DNA of 64,000 nucleotides from Candidatus Hydrothermarchaeum profundi (GTDB lineage Archaea; Hydrothermarchaeota; Hydrothermarchaeia; Hydrothermarchaeales; Hydrothermarchaeaceae). The stretch spans positions 968,989 through 1,032,988 of the forward strand of contig MTMF02000009.1 in the NCBI GenBank assembly GCA_002011125.2. The letters are read 5' to 3'. Positions 1-9,619 of the stretch are shown here, in pieces. Position 1 is the first letter of the stretch. Each line of letters starts with the position of its first letter. The translations under genes and the position numbers were made by a program. Under the pieces are notes generated by a model that saw only the letters and a list, made by a program, of their open reading frames with translations, searched no databases and had not been told where the DNA came from.

Positions 1-343
1 ATCTTTTGTCCATTTTGAAATCACATCTCTTGCATTTGCTTCCTACTAAAGTCTCTTCACCCAACAGTCCCTTTACTTTGAGCTTTTCAAGTTCTCCCCC
101 GCATATAAAACACTTCTTAGCCTCTTTATTAGATCTCCTCTTCTCAACGAATATTTTCACGTCAGGCATCTGTGAAGAAATTCTCTTGAGCCTTTCGACC
201 GACAACTTGTAGTGGGGGTTATCCTTCCTTAATTTCCTTAATATCATATCTAAGAAGAGCTTTTGTGAATCTATTTCTTTATTTTTTTCCAAAACTACTC
301 TAATAGCTCCTTGCACATCTTTTTCTTTTGGAATCTTGTACAT
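1..343 (-). CDS. Zn-ribbon-containing archaeal hypothetical protein (3'-truncated by the window edge; not in the ORF track)
   Basis: Read manually from ATG at 343: MYKIPKEKDVQGAIRVVLEK...KKCFICGGELEK...GSKCKRCDFKMDKR. Open to the window edge, with two CxxC pairs. Confidence 0.75.
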   Translation of the reverse strand, partial: MYKIPKEKDVQGAIRVVLEKNKEIDSQKLFLDMILRKLRKDNPHYKLSVERLKRISSQMPDVKIFVEKRRSNKEAKKCFICGGELEKLKVKGLLGEETLVGSKCKRCDFKMDKR

Positions 344-376
344 TTAGACTTAAATTGTAGATTCGAAATAAAAAAA

Positions 377-835
377 TTATTCCTTCATAAGATCTCTAAC
401 GGTTTTTTTTATTTTATCCCAATGGCTTCCATGCCAGTATATTTTGCCGCAATCCCTACATTCCCAGAACTCTTCAACCACTGCTAGTATCCCGCCGGGT
501 ACTTTATTTTTAACTTTACCTTTTTCCAGCTTCTTGATTTCCCCGTTGCATAGAGGACAGCGGGAGTTTTCTGGAGTTTCTTTCAGAACTATTCCTTTAT
601 TTCTAATAAGTTGCCTAAGCTGGTCTTGAAGCGAATTACTAGAAAAAAGAATGACTTCTCTACCACTCTTCAATGCTTTCTCAGCCAGCTCTGCGTCACG
701 CGTTAAAATTACTCTTTTCGCTGCTTTATTGAGAACTTCTTCATCAGAGTAATACCTAGAATAAAGTACATCATATCCACTTAACCTTAGCCATCTAGCA
801 AGCTTTCCCATCATAGAGTCTGCAATAAATCTCAT
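377..835 (-). CDS. Mut7-C RNase domain protein (DUF82; PIN-like fold plus Zn ribbon)
   Basis: FIADSMMGKLARWLRLSGYD, ILTRD, RCPLCNG...CRDCGKIYWHGSHW are typical of Mut7-C. Confidence 0.9.
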   Translation of the reverse strand: MRFIADSMMGKLARWLRLSGYDVLYSRYYSDEEVLNKAAKRVILTRDAELAEKALKSGREVILFSSNSLQDQLRQLIRNKGIVLKETPENSRCPLCNGEIKKLEKGKVKNKVPGGILAVVEEFWECRDCGKIYWHGSHWDKIKKTVRDLMKE

Positions 836-937
836 TTTAATACATTTAGTATAGTGATAAATTTTTAGGGACTAACCATAATCTTTTTATTTGCTAGATA
901 TATTTATAACTGAAGAAAATAAACCGGAGGAATTTAA

Positions 938-1486
938 ATGGACACTGAGGTCAGAGTTAGGGAAGCAATGACAACAGATGTTATAACTGTAGATAAAAGT
1001 ACTTCCGTAGATGAAGCGGCTAAGTTGATGGCTGAAAAAAATATAGGAAGTCTCATAGTCGTTGAGGATCATAAGCCGGTAGGTATTGTAACAGAGAGGG
1101 ATATATCTTTTAGAGTGGTAGCCAAAGATAGAAAGCCCTCCACTGTAAAAGTAGGAGAAATAATGTCATCGCCCTTGAAGACAGTTGGACCTAATATTAG
1201 TCTAACAGAGGCTAGCAAAATTATGGCTAAAAATAATCTGAGGAGGCTCCCGGTAATAGACAAGGGGAAGCTTGTAGGCTTGATAACTAATAAAGATATC
1301 CTTGCCATAGCTCCAGAGCAAATTGAGATTCTTACCGAACTTTCGAGGATGAAAGAAGAGCCTATAGAAAAAGAAGTTCCAGATAAGGGAACATGCGAAA
1401 ACTGTGGAGACTATGGCGTAGAGTTATACGAAGTCAATGGAATCTTCGTTTGTGAAAGTTGTAGGGAGGAATTGGGTGGGGACTGA
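938..1486 (+). CDS. CBS-pair protein with C-terminal Zn ribbon
   Basis: Two CBS motifs (VGIVTERD, VGLITNKD) followed by CENCG...CESC; GGAGG ribosome-binding site upstream. Confidence 0.9.
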   Translation: MDTEVRVREAMTTDVITVDKSTSVDEAAKLMAEKNIGSLIVVEDHKPVGIVTERDISFRVVAKDRKPSTVKVGEIMSSPLKTVGPNISLTEASKIMAKNNLRRLPVIDKGKLVGLITNKDILAIAPEQIEILTELSRMKEEPIEKEVPDKGTCENCGDYGVELYEVNGIFVCESCREELGGD

Positions 1487-2273
1487 CCTCAAAGTGGCCG
1501 AGGTCATGACCACAGGTCCTCTCTGTGTTAGGGAAGAGGACTATGCGACCAAGGCCAGATCTCTCTTCAGGAAAACAGGTTATAGGAGTTTGCCTGTAGT
1601 AGATGAAGACAATAGACTAGTGGGCATAATAACTAGAGGGGATATACTGAATGTTACATCTACCAAATCAAATATCCAAGTAGGCGGTTTAATGTCTTCT
1701 CCCATAATTTATGCGACTCCAGAAGAGGATATTATTAGCGTTGCTAAAAGGTTAATTAAAGCTGATGTAAATAGGGCTCCAATAGTAAAATCTAATTCGG
1801 ACATGGAGTTGGTTGGTATACTATGTCTACATGACATTATGCGGGAGTTAAGAAGAAAGGGAATTAAACCTAGAAAAAAGAGGGTTAAGGAGGTAATGAC
1901 AGAAAATATTTTGACTTGCAGCCCTGCCGATCCGATAACGAAGGTTTGGGCTAAAATTGATGATACCGGGTATTCTGGTATTCCTGTTATTAAGGATGGT
2001 AGGCCAATTGGCATGATTACGAGAAAGGACATAATAAAGGCAGGATACGCTAGAATTGAGAGAGAGGGTAACAAAGGAAGGATGAAGAACCCCCCGATAG
2101 TTGAAAAGCTTATGAGGACTCCTGTAATCAGCGTTTCGAAGGAATGTAGTGTTGAAGAAGCAGTAGATCTAATGCTTAAATTTGATATTGGTAGACTGGC
2201 AGTAGTAGAGAATGGAGTTCTAGTTGGGATAATTGATAGAGAAGATGTTATAAAAGCATATATAGGGGATTAA
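1476..2273 (+). CDS. CBS domain protein (4 CBS)
   Basis: LVGIITRGD, LVGILCLHD, IGMITRKD, LVGIIDRED. Probable GTG start at 1476 after GGAGG (track start 1437). Confidence 0.88.
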   Translation: MGTDLKVAEVMTTGPLCVREEDYATKARSLFRKTGYRSLPVVDEDNRLVGIITRGDILNVTSTKSNIQVGGLMSSPIIYATPEEDIISVAKRLIKADVNRAPIVKSNSDMELVGILCLHDIMRELRRKGIKPRKKRVKEVMTENILTCSPADPITKVWAKIDDTGYSGIPVIKDGRPIGMITRKDIIKAGYARIEREGNKGRMKNPPIVEKLMRTPVISVSKECSVEEAVDLMLKFDIGRLAVVENGVLVGIIDREDVIKAYIGD

Positions 2274-2274
2274 A

Positions 2275-3210
2275 ATGGTGAAGGATTTCATAAAAGAGAG
2301 AATAAAAGATGTACATAGTATAACTAAAGCAAGGGAAAGGAAAGCCTTGGATTTCAAGTCGAAGTTAGCATCGTATGAAGGATCAATAATGTCTATTGCA
2401 ACAAAAGAAGTAGTTACTATTCCTCCTACTATGACAATAAAAGGTGCAGCAGAAACTATGACTAAGTATCGTTTTAGGAGGCTTCCAGTATGTGATCCAG
2501 GCACTAATAGGCTTGTGGGTATTGTAGGCAGTAGTGATATTATAGACTTTTTGGGTGGAGGCGAAAAGTATCTTTTAATTGAGAAAAAGTTTGGTGGAAA
2601 TTTTTTTGCCGCTATTAATGACTCAGTAAGAGAAATAATGGTAACAGATGTATTAACTGCGCGGACTGATGAGACTATTGAAGAAGCATTGGATAAGTTG
2701 CTTAAAACCCGTGCTGGGGGAATCGTAATAGTTGACGATGAACAGAGGGCTAAGGGAATAATTACAGAACGTGATTTCGTGTTTCTTCTTTCTGAAAAAG
2801 TTACTGGTAAGAAAGTGGGAGAGCATATGACTACTAACGTTGTAACCGCAACTCCAGGAATGCCGTTGGGAGACGCATGTAAGATAATGGTTAGGAATAG
2901 TTTCAGGAGGTTGCCTGTCGTGAGTCAAGGATTCTTAAGAGGCCTTATAACCACAAGAATGATTATCGAGTTTATTGGAAGGAATCATATTTTTGATAAG
3001 ATAGTACAAAATAAAGTTAAAGAAATCTTAGATACCAGAGTTTCGGAGATAATGTCTAGAGATGTGCCGACCATATCAAAGGAAGCAGATATCGGTGAAG
3101 CAGCTAAGATTATGGAATCAAGCGGTAGAGGTACAATCTGCGTTGTAGAGGACAGCAGGCTTTTGGGTATTCTGACTGAAAGAGATATACTAAAGGCGCT
3201 AGCAGAATGA
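2275..3210 (+). CDS. CBS domain protein (4 CBS, MJ1225-like)
   Basis: FRRLPV twice, GIVGSSDIIDFLGGGEKY, GIITERD, GILTERD. Confidence 0.9.
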   Translation: MVKDFIKERIKDVHSITKARERKALDFKSKLASYEGSIMSIATKEVVTIPPTMTIKGAAETMTKYRFRRLPVCDPGTNRLVGIVGSSDIIDFLGGGEKYLLIEKKFGGNFFAAINDSVREIMVTDVLTARTDETIEEALDKLLKTRAGGIVIVDDEQRAKGIITERDFVFLLSEKVTGKKVGEHMTTNVVTATPGMPLGDACKIMVRNSFRRLPVVSQGFLRGLITTRMIIEFIGRNHIFDKIVQNKVKEILDTRVSEIMSRDVPTISKEADIGEAAKIMESSGRGTICVVEDSRLLGILTERDILKALAE

Positions 3211-4058
3211 TGATTGAAAAATATATGAGTAAAGAATTGGTCGTTGTATCCCCAGGCGATACTATAGCTCATGTGCGCAACTTATTGATATCTAACAGAG
3301 TGAGTAGAGTATTAATTGCTCAAGAAGGGCTGGTAGGTATAGTAACTAAAAAAGATATTTCAGAGAGGCTCGCTACAGGGAGTGCGCTATGGAGAAGAAG
3401 ACCGATTGACAAGATTTCTGTGAGTAGAGTCATGACTACCGATCTCATTACGATTTCTTCAGATGCATCGATAGCTGAGGCAGCCAAAATGATGATAGAA
3501 AATAAAATATCTTCTCTCCCGGTTATAGATGACAAAGGTAACTTAGTAGGTATTATAACAAAAACGGATCTAGTTAAGGCGTATCTTGAGAATTATAGGG
3601 GAAAATATAAAGTTAGAAAACTTATGAGTAAAAATGTTGTAACTGTTGATAGATTTCATACTCTGAGTCACGTGGTTGAACTAATGCGAGAGAAAGGAGT
3701 AGGCAGAGTGATTGTGATTGATGGTGGTAAGCCGGTTGGTATTATAACTCCTTCTAATATCTCATTCTATGAGTTAACTGAGCCTCGAAGAGGTGTAAGG
3801 GTAATGGAAAAGACTTTTGTCAGAAAACCTGATAGGGCAGAAAGGCCGAGATATAGGTATGTAAAAACATTACTCGTTACTGCAGAAGATCTTATGTCCT
3901 CAAATCTTATTACGATTAAAAGCACGAGAGACGCGACAGAGGCTGCGGATCTCCTGATCAAAAATAAAATATCTTCATTGCCTGTAGTTGATGATACCGA
4001 ATTATCTGGGATAATAACTAAAACGGATATTGTGAGGGGGATAGCAAAAATCGGGTAA
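3207..4058 (+). CDS. CBS domain protein (4 CBS)
   Basis: GIVTKKD, ISSLPV...GIITKTD twice; ATGA overlap with the previous gene. Confidence 0.9.
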   Translation: MMIEKYMSKELVVVSPGDTIAHVRNLLISNRVSRVLIAQEGLVGIVTKKDISERLATGSALWRRRPIDKISVSRVMTTDLITISSDASIAEAAKMMIENKISSLPVIDDKGNLVGIITKTDLVKAYLENYRGKYKVRKLMSKNVVTVDRFHTLSHVVELMREKGVGRVIVIDGGKPVGIITPSNISFYELTEPRRGVRVMEKTFVRKPDRAERPRYRYVKTLLVTAEDLMSSNLITIKSTRDATEAADLLIKNKISSLPVVDDTELSGIITKTDIVRGIAKIG

Positions 4059-4091
4059 TTCAATAATATTTAATCTTTCGAGGTGGGATCT

Positions 4092-4871
4092 ATGGTCCTT
4101 TTAGTTGATGATTTAATGACGAGGGAAGTTATTTGTATCGATAAGAATCGAGCTTTATCAGACGCTTATAAGCTAATGGAGAAGAAAAATATTTCTAGGA
4201 TATTGGTTACTTCTGCCGGGGAATTATGCGGTATTATGTCTATAAAGGATGTGCTTGAACATTTAGGGTCATCTAAACATGGTAAAATTTTGCCCTCTAG
4301 TCTTCATGTGTCTACTGTAATGAATGATAGCCTGATAGTTATTAAAAAAGGCAAAAGTGTAAGAGATGCTGCTAAACTGATGCTTGAGAATAGAATTTCT
4401 TGCCTGCCTGTGATGGATGCTGACCGCGTTGTTGGAATAATTACTAAGACAGACCTAATAAAAAGTCTTAAAAACTCTAAAAAGAAGATTGAGAAGGTAA
4501 TAACATGGGACCCAGACGTAGTTAGCCCAAAGGATAGAGTAGTGCATGCTAGGCGAATAATGCTCGATAAGAACATTGGCAGACTCATAGTTCTAGAAGA
4601 AGATGAACTCGTAGGGATAGTAACAGAGAAGGATATAGCTAAAGCCTTATCCGCTTTTAGGAAAACTGCAGATAGGTATCAATATAGCCGTATAAGGAAC
4701 ATGATAATAGAAGATGTAATGACACAAACAGTTAAAACACTTGATATAAATGCAACGGTAGGGGATGCCGTTAGCATGATGTTAGAGAATAATTTTTCTG
4801 GGATTCCTATCCTTAATGACGGAAAGTTGGCAGGTATAGTCACTAAGACGGACCTCATACGAGTTATATGA
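4092..4871 (+). CDS. CBS domain protein (4 CBS)
   Basis: ISCLPV..GIITKTD, GIVTEKD, GIPI..GIVTKTD. ATG at 4092 follows a GAGGTG ribosome-binding site (track start 4083). Confidence 0.9.
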   Translation: MVLLVDDLMTREVICIDKNRALSDAYKLMEKKNISRILVTSAGELCGIMSIKDVLEHLGSSKHGKILPSSLHVSTVMNDSLIVIKKGKSVRDAAKLMLENRISCLPVMDADRVVGIITKTDLIKSLKNSKKKIEKVITWDPDVVSPKDRVVHARRIMLDKNIGRLIVLEEDELVGIVTEKDIAKALSAFRKTADRYQYSRIRNMIIEDVMTQTVKTLDINATVGDAVSMMLENNFSGIPILNDGKLAGIVTKTDLIRVI

Positions 4872-5998
4872 TTATAGAAAAAATTTCTAGGGCCTTAGGA
4901 GTAGAACCTTGGAGAATAAAAGGAGCTCTAGACCGTCATACAATAAGAATCGTTAAGGACTTTACTCCAAATTACATAGTTTTTAAAAAAAGCTTAGGGC
5001 AGATTGAGAGGGGTACTAGTGTTTTTCTTAATGATGATCTTGATGTAGTGCCAGGGTTCCCTAAAATCCAGAGAGCTTTTTATCTAAGACCTGTAGTTGA
5101 GAGACATTTCGGAGAGAAAATAGCTGTAGAAGAAAAAATGAATGGTTATAATGTAAGAGCATTTCTCGTTAACAATAAAGTTTATGCACTCACAAGAGGG
5201 GGATTTATATGCCCTTACACAACAGCTAAGTTGAGAGAGATCTCTGGCATTAAAAAATTTCTATCAGACCATAATGTTGTACTATGCGGTGAAGTTGTTG
5301 GTATGGAGAACCCCTATGTAATTCATGAATACCCTGAAGCAGGAAAATTTGGTTTCTTTGTTTTCGATATAAGGGAGAAAAAGTCTAATGACCCTAAACC
5401 TATTCAGGAAAGAAACTCGCTACTCGATGCGTATGGTATTAGATATGTGAGGTTGATAGGTATTTTTAAGAAGGCTATAGTGGTAGAAGAAATTTTCAAA
5501 ATTATAAAGGAATTAGAGAAGGAGAATAGGGAAGGTGTTGTCCTAAAAGATCCAGATATGAAGATACCCCCAATAAAATATACCTCTTCGAAGACAAACA
5601 CGTCTGATTTAGCATACGCATTCAGGTTTCCCTATGATTACGGTAGAGACTTCTTCTTTTCAAGGATTATGAGAGAGGGCTATCAAGCTTTAGAGCTTGA
5701 GGAAGAGGAGGATGACCTAAAGAAGCGAGCACTTAGACTTGGCGAGAGTCTATTATATCCTATGGTTGAAACTATGAAAAAGATTAAAAAAGGCGAGATT
5801 GTTACCGAAGATTTTACTGTTAGGGTTAATAGTAGGAGGGAGATTTCTAAAATAGAAACATACTTGCGGAGACAGGGAGTGGACGTGAATATCGTTGATA
5901 TACGGGAAGAGGAAAATGGATTTGTAGCGAGGGTAAAAAGGATGAGGCATTCTACTAATGATAAGATAAGATCATTGTTATCTGGTAAAATAGAATAA
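4868..5998 (+). CDS. rnl3: ATP-dependent RNA ligase, Rnl3/Pab1020 family
   Basis: Motif I EEKMNGYNVR, TRGGFICPYTT, CGEVVGMENPY, FFVFDI, REGVVLKDP, and the family motif DYGRDFFFSRIMREG. ATGA overlap with the last CBS gene. Confidence 0.92.
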   Translation: MIIEKISRALGVEPWRIKGALDRHTIRIVKDFTPNYIVFKKSLGQIERGTSVFLNDDLDVVPGFPKIQRAFYLRPVVERHFGEKIAVEEKMNGYNVRAFLVNNKVYALTRGGFICPYTTAKLREISGIKKFLSDHNVVLCGEVVGMENPYVIHEYPEAGKFGFFVFDIREKKSNDPKPIQERNSLLDAYGIRYVRLIGIFKKAIVVEEIFKIIKELEKENREGVVLKDPDMKIPPIKYTSSKTNTSDLAYAFRFPYDYGRDFFFSRIMREGYQALELEEEEDDLKKRALRLGESLLYPMVETMKKIKKGEIVTEDFTVRVNSRREISKIETYLRRQGVDVNIVDIREEENGFVARVKRMRHSTNDKIRSLLSGKIE

Positions 5999-5999
5999 T

Positions 6000-6341
6000 T
6001 TACCTATACCCTGGCATAGGAGGTGGGGAAGTGGGAGGACCCATATGCCTCTTCTTTTGTTCATAATAGTCCTTATATACACGCCATGTTTTTTCAGCAA
6101 GGTTTCCTCGTAATATTTTTGTTATAATCATTTTGGGAGCAGGGAGTTTATCTGAGATTGGAGTATAATCTACGATTACAATGTCTCCTTCACGTATTTT
6201 TTTACTAAGCTTGGGGGATACCTCTGTAGTAAGAAGATTTTCATCCCACATCATAAGAGCGGCTTGAGTGGCCTCGTCAGCAGATTCCACCTCATCATTA
6301 TCCGGAGAGAATACTTTTACAGTTTTGCCTACATGGTACAT
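6000..6341 (-). CDS. hypothetical protein (small beta-rich domain, Pro-rich C-terminus)
   Basis: Intact ORF with GAGGTG ribosome-binding site; MYHVGK...MWDEN...GDIVIVDY; no function recognised. Confidence 0.7.
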   Translation of the reverse strand: MYHVGKTVKVFSPDNDEVESADEATQAALMMWDENLLTTEVSPKLSKKIREGDIVIVDYTPISDKLPAPKMIITKILRGNLAEKTWRVYKDYYEQKKRHMGPPTSPPPMPGYR

Positions 6342-6430
6342 CTGCTTCACCTCTCATGTTTTGCTTCACTATTATAAAACACATCTAGCGGTGTTAAGAA
6401 TTAAATACCTTTTACACTTTATTTAAACCC

Positions 6431-7690
6431 ATGCTCTTAAAAAACTGTAGGATAGTTAGTTCTAGTAAAATTATAATGGCAGATATTTTAATTGAGGGAG
6501 AAAAGATAAAAGAAGTAGGGGTGGGTCTCCGAGGGGATGAAATTTTTAATCTTCGAGGCAAGCTCGTTATACCCGGAGTTATCGACCTCCATGTACATAT
6601 GCGTGATTTCAGCCAGAAGTATAAGGAGGATTTTACTTCAGGTAGTAAAGCCGCTCTGGCAGGGGGGGTTACTACTTTTGTGGATATGCCAAACTCTTCT
6701 CCCCCGGTTATTGACGCAAAGACCTTCAGGAGAAGATTAGAAGAAGCTGGTAGAAAGTCCCTTATAGATTTTGGGATTAATTTTGGAGTTGTTACTGATA
6801 ATTCGAGATTTCTTAAGGATATTAGACCATCATTTTGTAAGATATACATGGATGGAACTCTTGGTGAAATTGATGATGAAACACTAAGAAACGCTATTAG
6901 GAGATGTCCTAAAACTGCAGTACATGCTGAGGATATAAACGTCATTAAGGAAAACATAGAAAAATTCAAGGGCAAAGAAGTCTCTGATTTTCATTTGAAG
7001 ATAAGAGGGCCGGAGGCTGAAGAAAAAGCGATAAAAAAAATTGCTTCGCTTACCGCATCCTTAAATAAAAGTGTTCATATTTGCCATATTTCTTTAAGAA
7101 AATCGCTGGAGTATCTCAATGAGAACGTAACTTGCGAAGTAACACCTCATCATCTATTGCTCACAAATAAAGAGTTAAAGGAAAAGGGGGGCATTGCAAA
7201 GACAAATCCTCCCCTCAGGTCTCAAAGTGATACTAATGCTCTTATGGGAGCACTAAAGAATAGGAGGATAGATATAGTAGCAAGTGATCATGCGCCTCAC
7301 TTGGAGGATGAAAAAGAGGATGAGGTATCTGCTCCTCCAGGAATACCTAATTTAGACATTATGCTTAAGCTGTTCTTAACTCTCGTCAATAAGAAAGTGC
7401 TTACTTTAAGTGATATTGTAAGGACGATGTGCGAAAATCCGGCTAGATTACTGGGATTGAAAAAAGGCGAAATAAAAAAGGACAACTATGCTGATCTTGT
7501 TATTCTGGACTTAGAGAAGGAAAGTAAAATAGAGGTGGAGGAGTTTTATTCAAAGGCGAAGTACTCGCCTTTTGAAGGTTGGAGAACTAAAGGCTGCCCT
7601 GAGGTAGTATTTATAAGGGGAGAAATCGCTTTCGAGGATGAGGATTTTATTGTGAAAAGAGGATATGGAAAATGGATAGGAGGGATGTGA
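6431..7690 (+). CDS. pyrC: dihydroorotase
   Basis: PGVIDLHVHMRD, AGGVTT..DMPN, HAED, EVTPHHL, NPPLR, SDHAPH. Confidence 0.9.
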   Translation: MLLKNCRIVSSSKIIMADILIEGEKIKEVGVGLRGDEIFNLRGKLVIPGVIDLHVHMRDFSQKYKEDFTSGSKAALAGGVTTFVDMPNSSPPVIDAKTFRRRLEEAGRKSLIDFGINFGVVTDNSRFLKDIRPSFCKIYMDGTLGEIDDETLRNAIRRCPKTAVHAEDINVIKENIEKFKGKEVSDFHLKIRGPEAEEKAIKKIASLTASLNKSVHICHISLRKSLEYLNENVTCEVTPHHLLLTNKELKEKGGIAKTNPPLRSQSDTNALMGALKNRRIDIVASDHAPHLEDEKEDEVSAPPGIPNLDIMLKLFLTLVNKKVLTLSDIVRTMCENPARLLGLKKGEIKKDNYADLVILDLEKESKIEVEEFYSKAKYSPFEGWRTKGCPEVVFIRGEIAFEDEDFIVKRGYGKWIGGM

Positions 7691-7840
7691 ATGGGATATG
7701 AATATTCTATAATAAACATGAGCCATCTAAAAGAGAGGGGGATAATTGCTCAAGAGAGTGCCCTAAATAAATTGGGTAGGGAGGGGTGGGAATTAGTCGG
7801 CATAGATGGAGAGTGGTATATATTTAAGAGGCCTATCTAG
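7691..7840 (+). CDS. DUF4177-like small protein (49 aa; not in the ORF track)
   Basis: MGYEYSII...ALNKLGREGWELVGIDGEWYIFKRPI*. ATG directly follows the pyrC stop and has GGAGG upstream. Confidence 0.8.
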   Translation: MGYEYSIINMSHLKERGIIAQESALNKLGREGWELVGIDGEWYIFKRPI

Positions 7841-8033
7841 TCGCGAGTTTGATGTCTTTAGCTTTTACTGTCTTTCTCCCAGCATGTTTTGCTAGTTTTC
7901 CGGCTTCTATTGAAATCTCAGATCCGATCTCCTCTAATACTGCCGCAAGTTCCATTGCCGCATCGTTACCAACCCTTAAACCAGTCGCTTTTCGTATAAT
8001 TCTATCTGCTGCAGCCACAGGTATATCGGCCAT
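7833..8033 (-). CDS. archaeal histone (HMfA/HMfB family)
   Basis: 66 aa; IPVAAADRIIRKA..RV...A.KLAKHAGRKTVKAKDIKLA histone-fold signature. Confidence 0.95.
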   Translation of the reverse strand: MADIPVAAADRIIRKATGLRVGNDAAMELAAVLEEIGSEISIEAGKLAKHAGRKTVKAKDIKLATR

Positions 8034-8092
8034 TTACATCACCTAAGAGAATAATCAAAGACATACAATATAAAGATTTCGTAAAAAAGGCC

Positions 8093-8974
8093 TTATTTGC
8101 TCGCTAATTTAACAGAATTAATTATTTTCTTTGTAGGTACAAAATTTTTATCTAAACCAAGTTTTTTTGGAGTTATTCCCAAAGCTAAGCCTATAAGTTG
8201 AGTAAAATAGAGCACTGGAACTTCTATTTTCTCATTATACTCTTTTTCAATGTACATTTGTCTAGCGTCTAATGCCATATGGCATAGCGGGCAGGCAGTT
8301 ATAATACAATCTGCATTTTCTTTAGCATCTAGAAGGATTTCTCGACTGAGTTTCATTTGTACTCCTTCATTTGCCATCATCAGTGCTCCCCCACAGCACT
8401 TGACTTTGTGTTGGAAAGGAGCGACAGTTGCGCCCACAGCTTCTATTATTCTATCCATTGATGTCGGCCTTTCAGGGCTATCGAATCTCTTATTCCTAGG
8501 GGGTCTAACTATAACGCATCCATAATACGGAGCTACTTTAAGACCGTTGAGAGAATTCACCACTTTTTCTGCTAGCTTTTCGATTCCAATATCATTTACT
8601 ATAACATCAAGAGGATGCTTCACATCTATACTGCCTTTTACTTTAAGGCCTGTCCCCTCTAAAGCTTTATTCATCTTATCTAGAAGTTCTCTATCCATTT
8701 TAATAGAATCACTGGTTTCCCATTCTCTAAGATAACATTCTGGGCAGGGGGCCAGTATATCCATATTCTCTTTCTCTGCTAGTGCTAAATTCCGTGCAGC
8801 TAAGGAAAGGGAGAGTAGGTGATCTATTGAATAAGCGGCAGACGCACCACAACAGTTCCAATCTTCTATCTCTTTAAGCTCCACTCCTAGAGCTTTAAAC
8901 ACTTCCTTTACTGACATATCATATTCTTTAGCAGTCGCTTCCAATGAGCATCCCGGATAATAAGCGTATTTCAC
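8093..8974 (-). CDS. hdrB: heterodisulfide reductase subunit B (CCG domains)
   Basis: YYPGCS, WNCCG, PCPEC, YYGC, KCCGG, ACPLCH, PVLYFTQLIGLA. Confidence 0.92.
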   Translation of the reverse strand: MKYAYYPGCSLEATAKEYDMSVKEVFKALGVELKEIEDWNCCGASAAYSIDHLLSLSLAARNLALAEKENMDILAPCPECYLREWETSDSIKMDRELLDKMNKALEGTGLKVKGSIDVKHPLDVIVNDIGIEKLAEKVVNSLNGLKVAPYYGCVIVRPPRNKRFDSPERPTSMDRIIEAVGATVAPFQHKVKCCGGALMMANEGVQMKLSREILLDAKENADCIITACPLCHMALDARQMYIEKEYNEKIEVPVLYFTQLIGLALGITPKKLGLDKNFVPTKKIINSVKLASK

Positions 8975-9564
8975 TTTTCTTCCTCCTCTATTTTGCGTAT
9001 ATTTTCAATAATCTTTTTCATATGTTCTCTACCTTTAATTTTATGAGGCATTAGAGCTATTTTTCCCTTTTTTGTGAGTTCCATTCCAAGAGAAGCATGT
9101 CGCAATAAGTGTTTTAGCGTACCTGACAGAGAGCCCTCTGATTTTTGAGCAAATTTGAGCATTAATAGAGGTTCGAACATTCTTCCATAAGATAAAGCAA
9201 TCTCCACGAAAGAATTGTAAAAAGCTGGGCCTTTCTCGTTTGCAGCCCTAACTCCCTCCCTTATTGCTATGCTTTTTAACGCCCCCATAACATTGGTTAT
9301 TTCCACTCCTCTAGGACATCGAGTTTGACAGGTGTAACAAGAAGCACATACCCATATAGTTTCACTATTCAGAACTTTATCTTTTATACCTAAAGTTACC
9401 ATACGCATTATCTGCCTTGGTGTGTAGTCCATGGTATACACCGTTGGGCAACCCGCAGAGCAGGTACCACATTGGAAGCAGAGATGGACATTTTCTCCAC
9501 CTGCTTCCTCTACTTCATATACAAAATTTGGGTCACAATCTTTAAGTCTTATTATTTGTTCCAC
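8971..9564 (-). CDS. hdrC: heterodisulfide reductase subunit C (2x[4Fe-4S])
   Basis: CFQCGTCSAGCP and IWVCASCYTCQTRCPRG; overlaps hdrB by GTGA. Confidence 0.92.
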   Translation of the reverse strand: MEQIIRLKDCDPNFVYEVEEAGGENVHLCFQCGTCSAGCPTVYTMDYTPRQIMRMVTLGIKDKVLNSETIWVCASCYTCQTRCPRGVEITNVMGALKSIAIREGVRAANEKGPAFYNSFVEIALSYGRMFEPLLMLKFAQKSEGSLSGTLKHLLRHASLGMELTKKGKIALMPHKIKGREHMKKIIENIRKIEEEEK

Positions 9565-9619
9565 TTTAACACCTTTGCAACACTTTGAATCTTGCCAAGG
9601 TAAAAATTATCTATCAACC

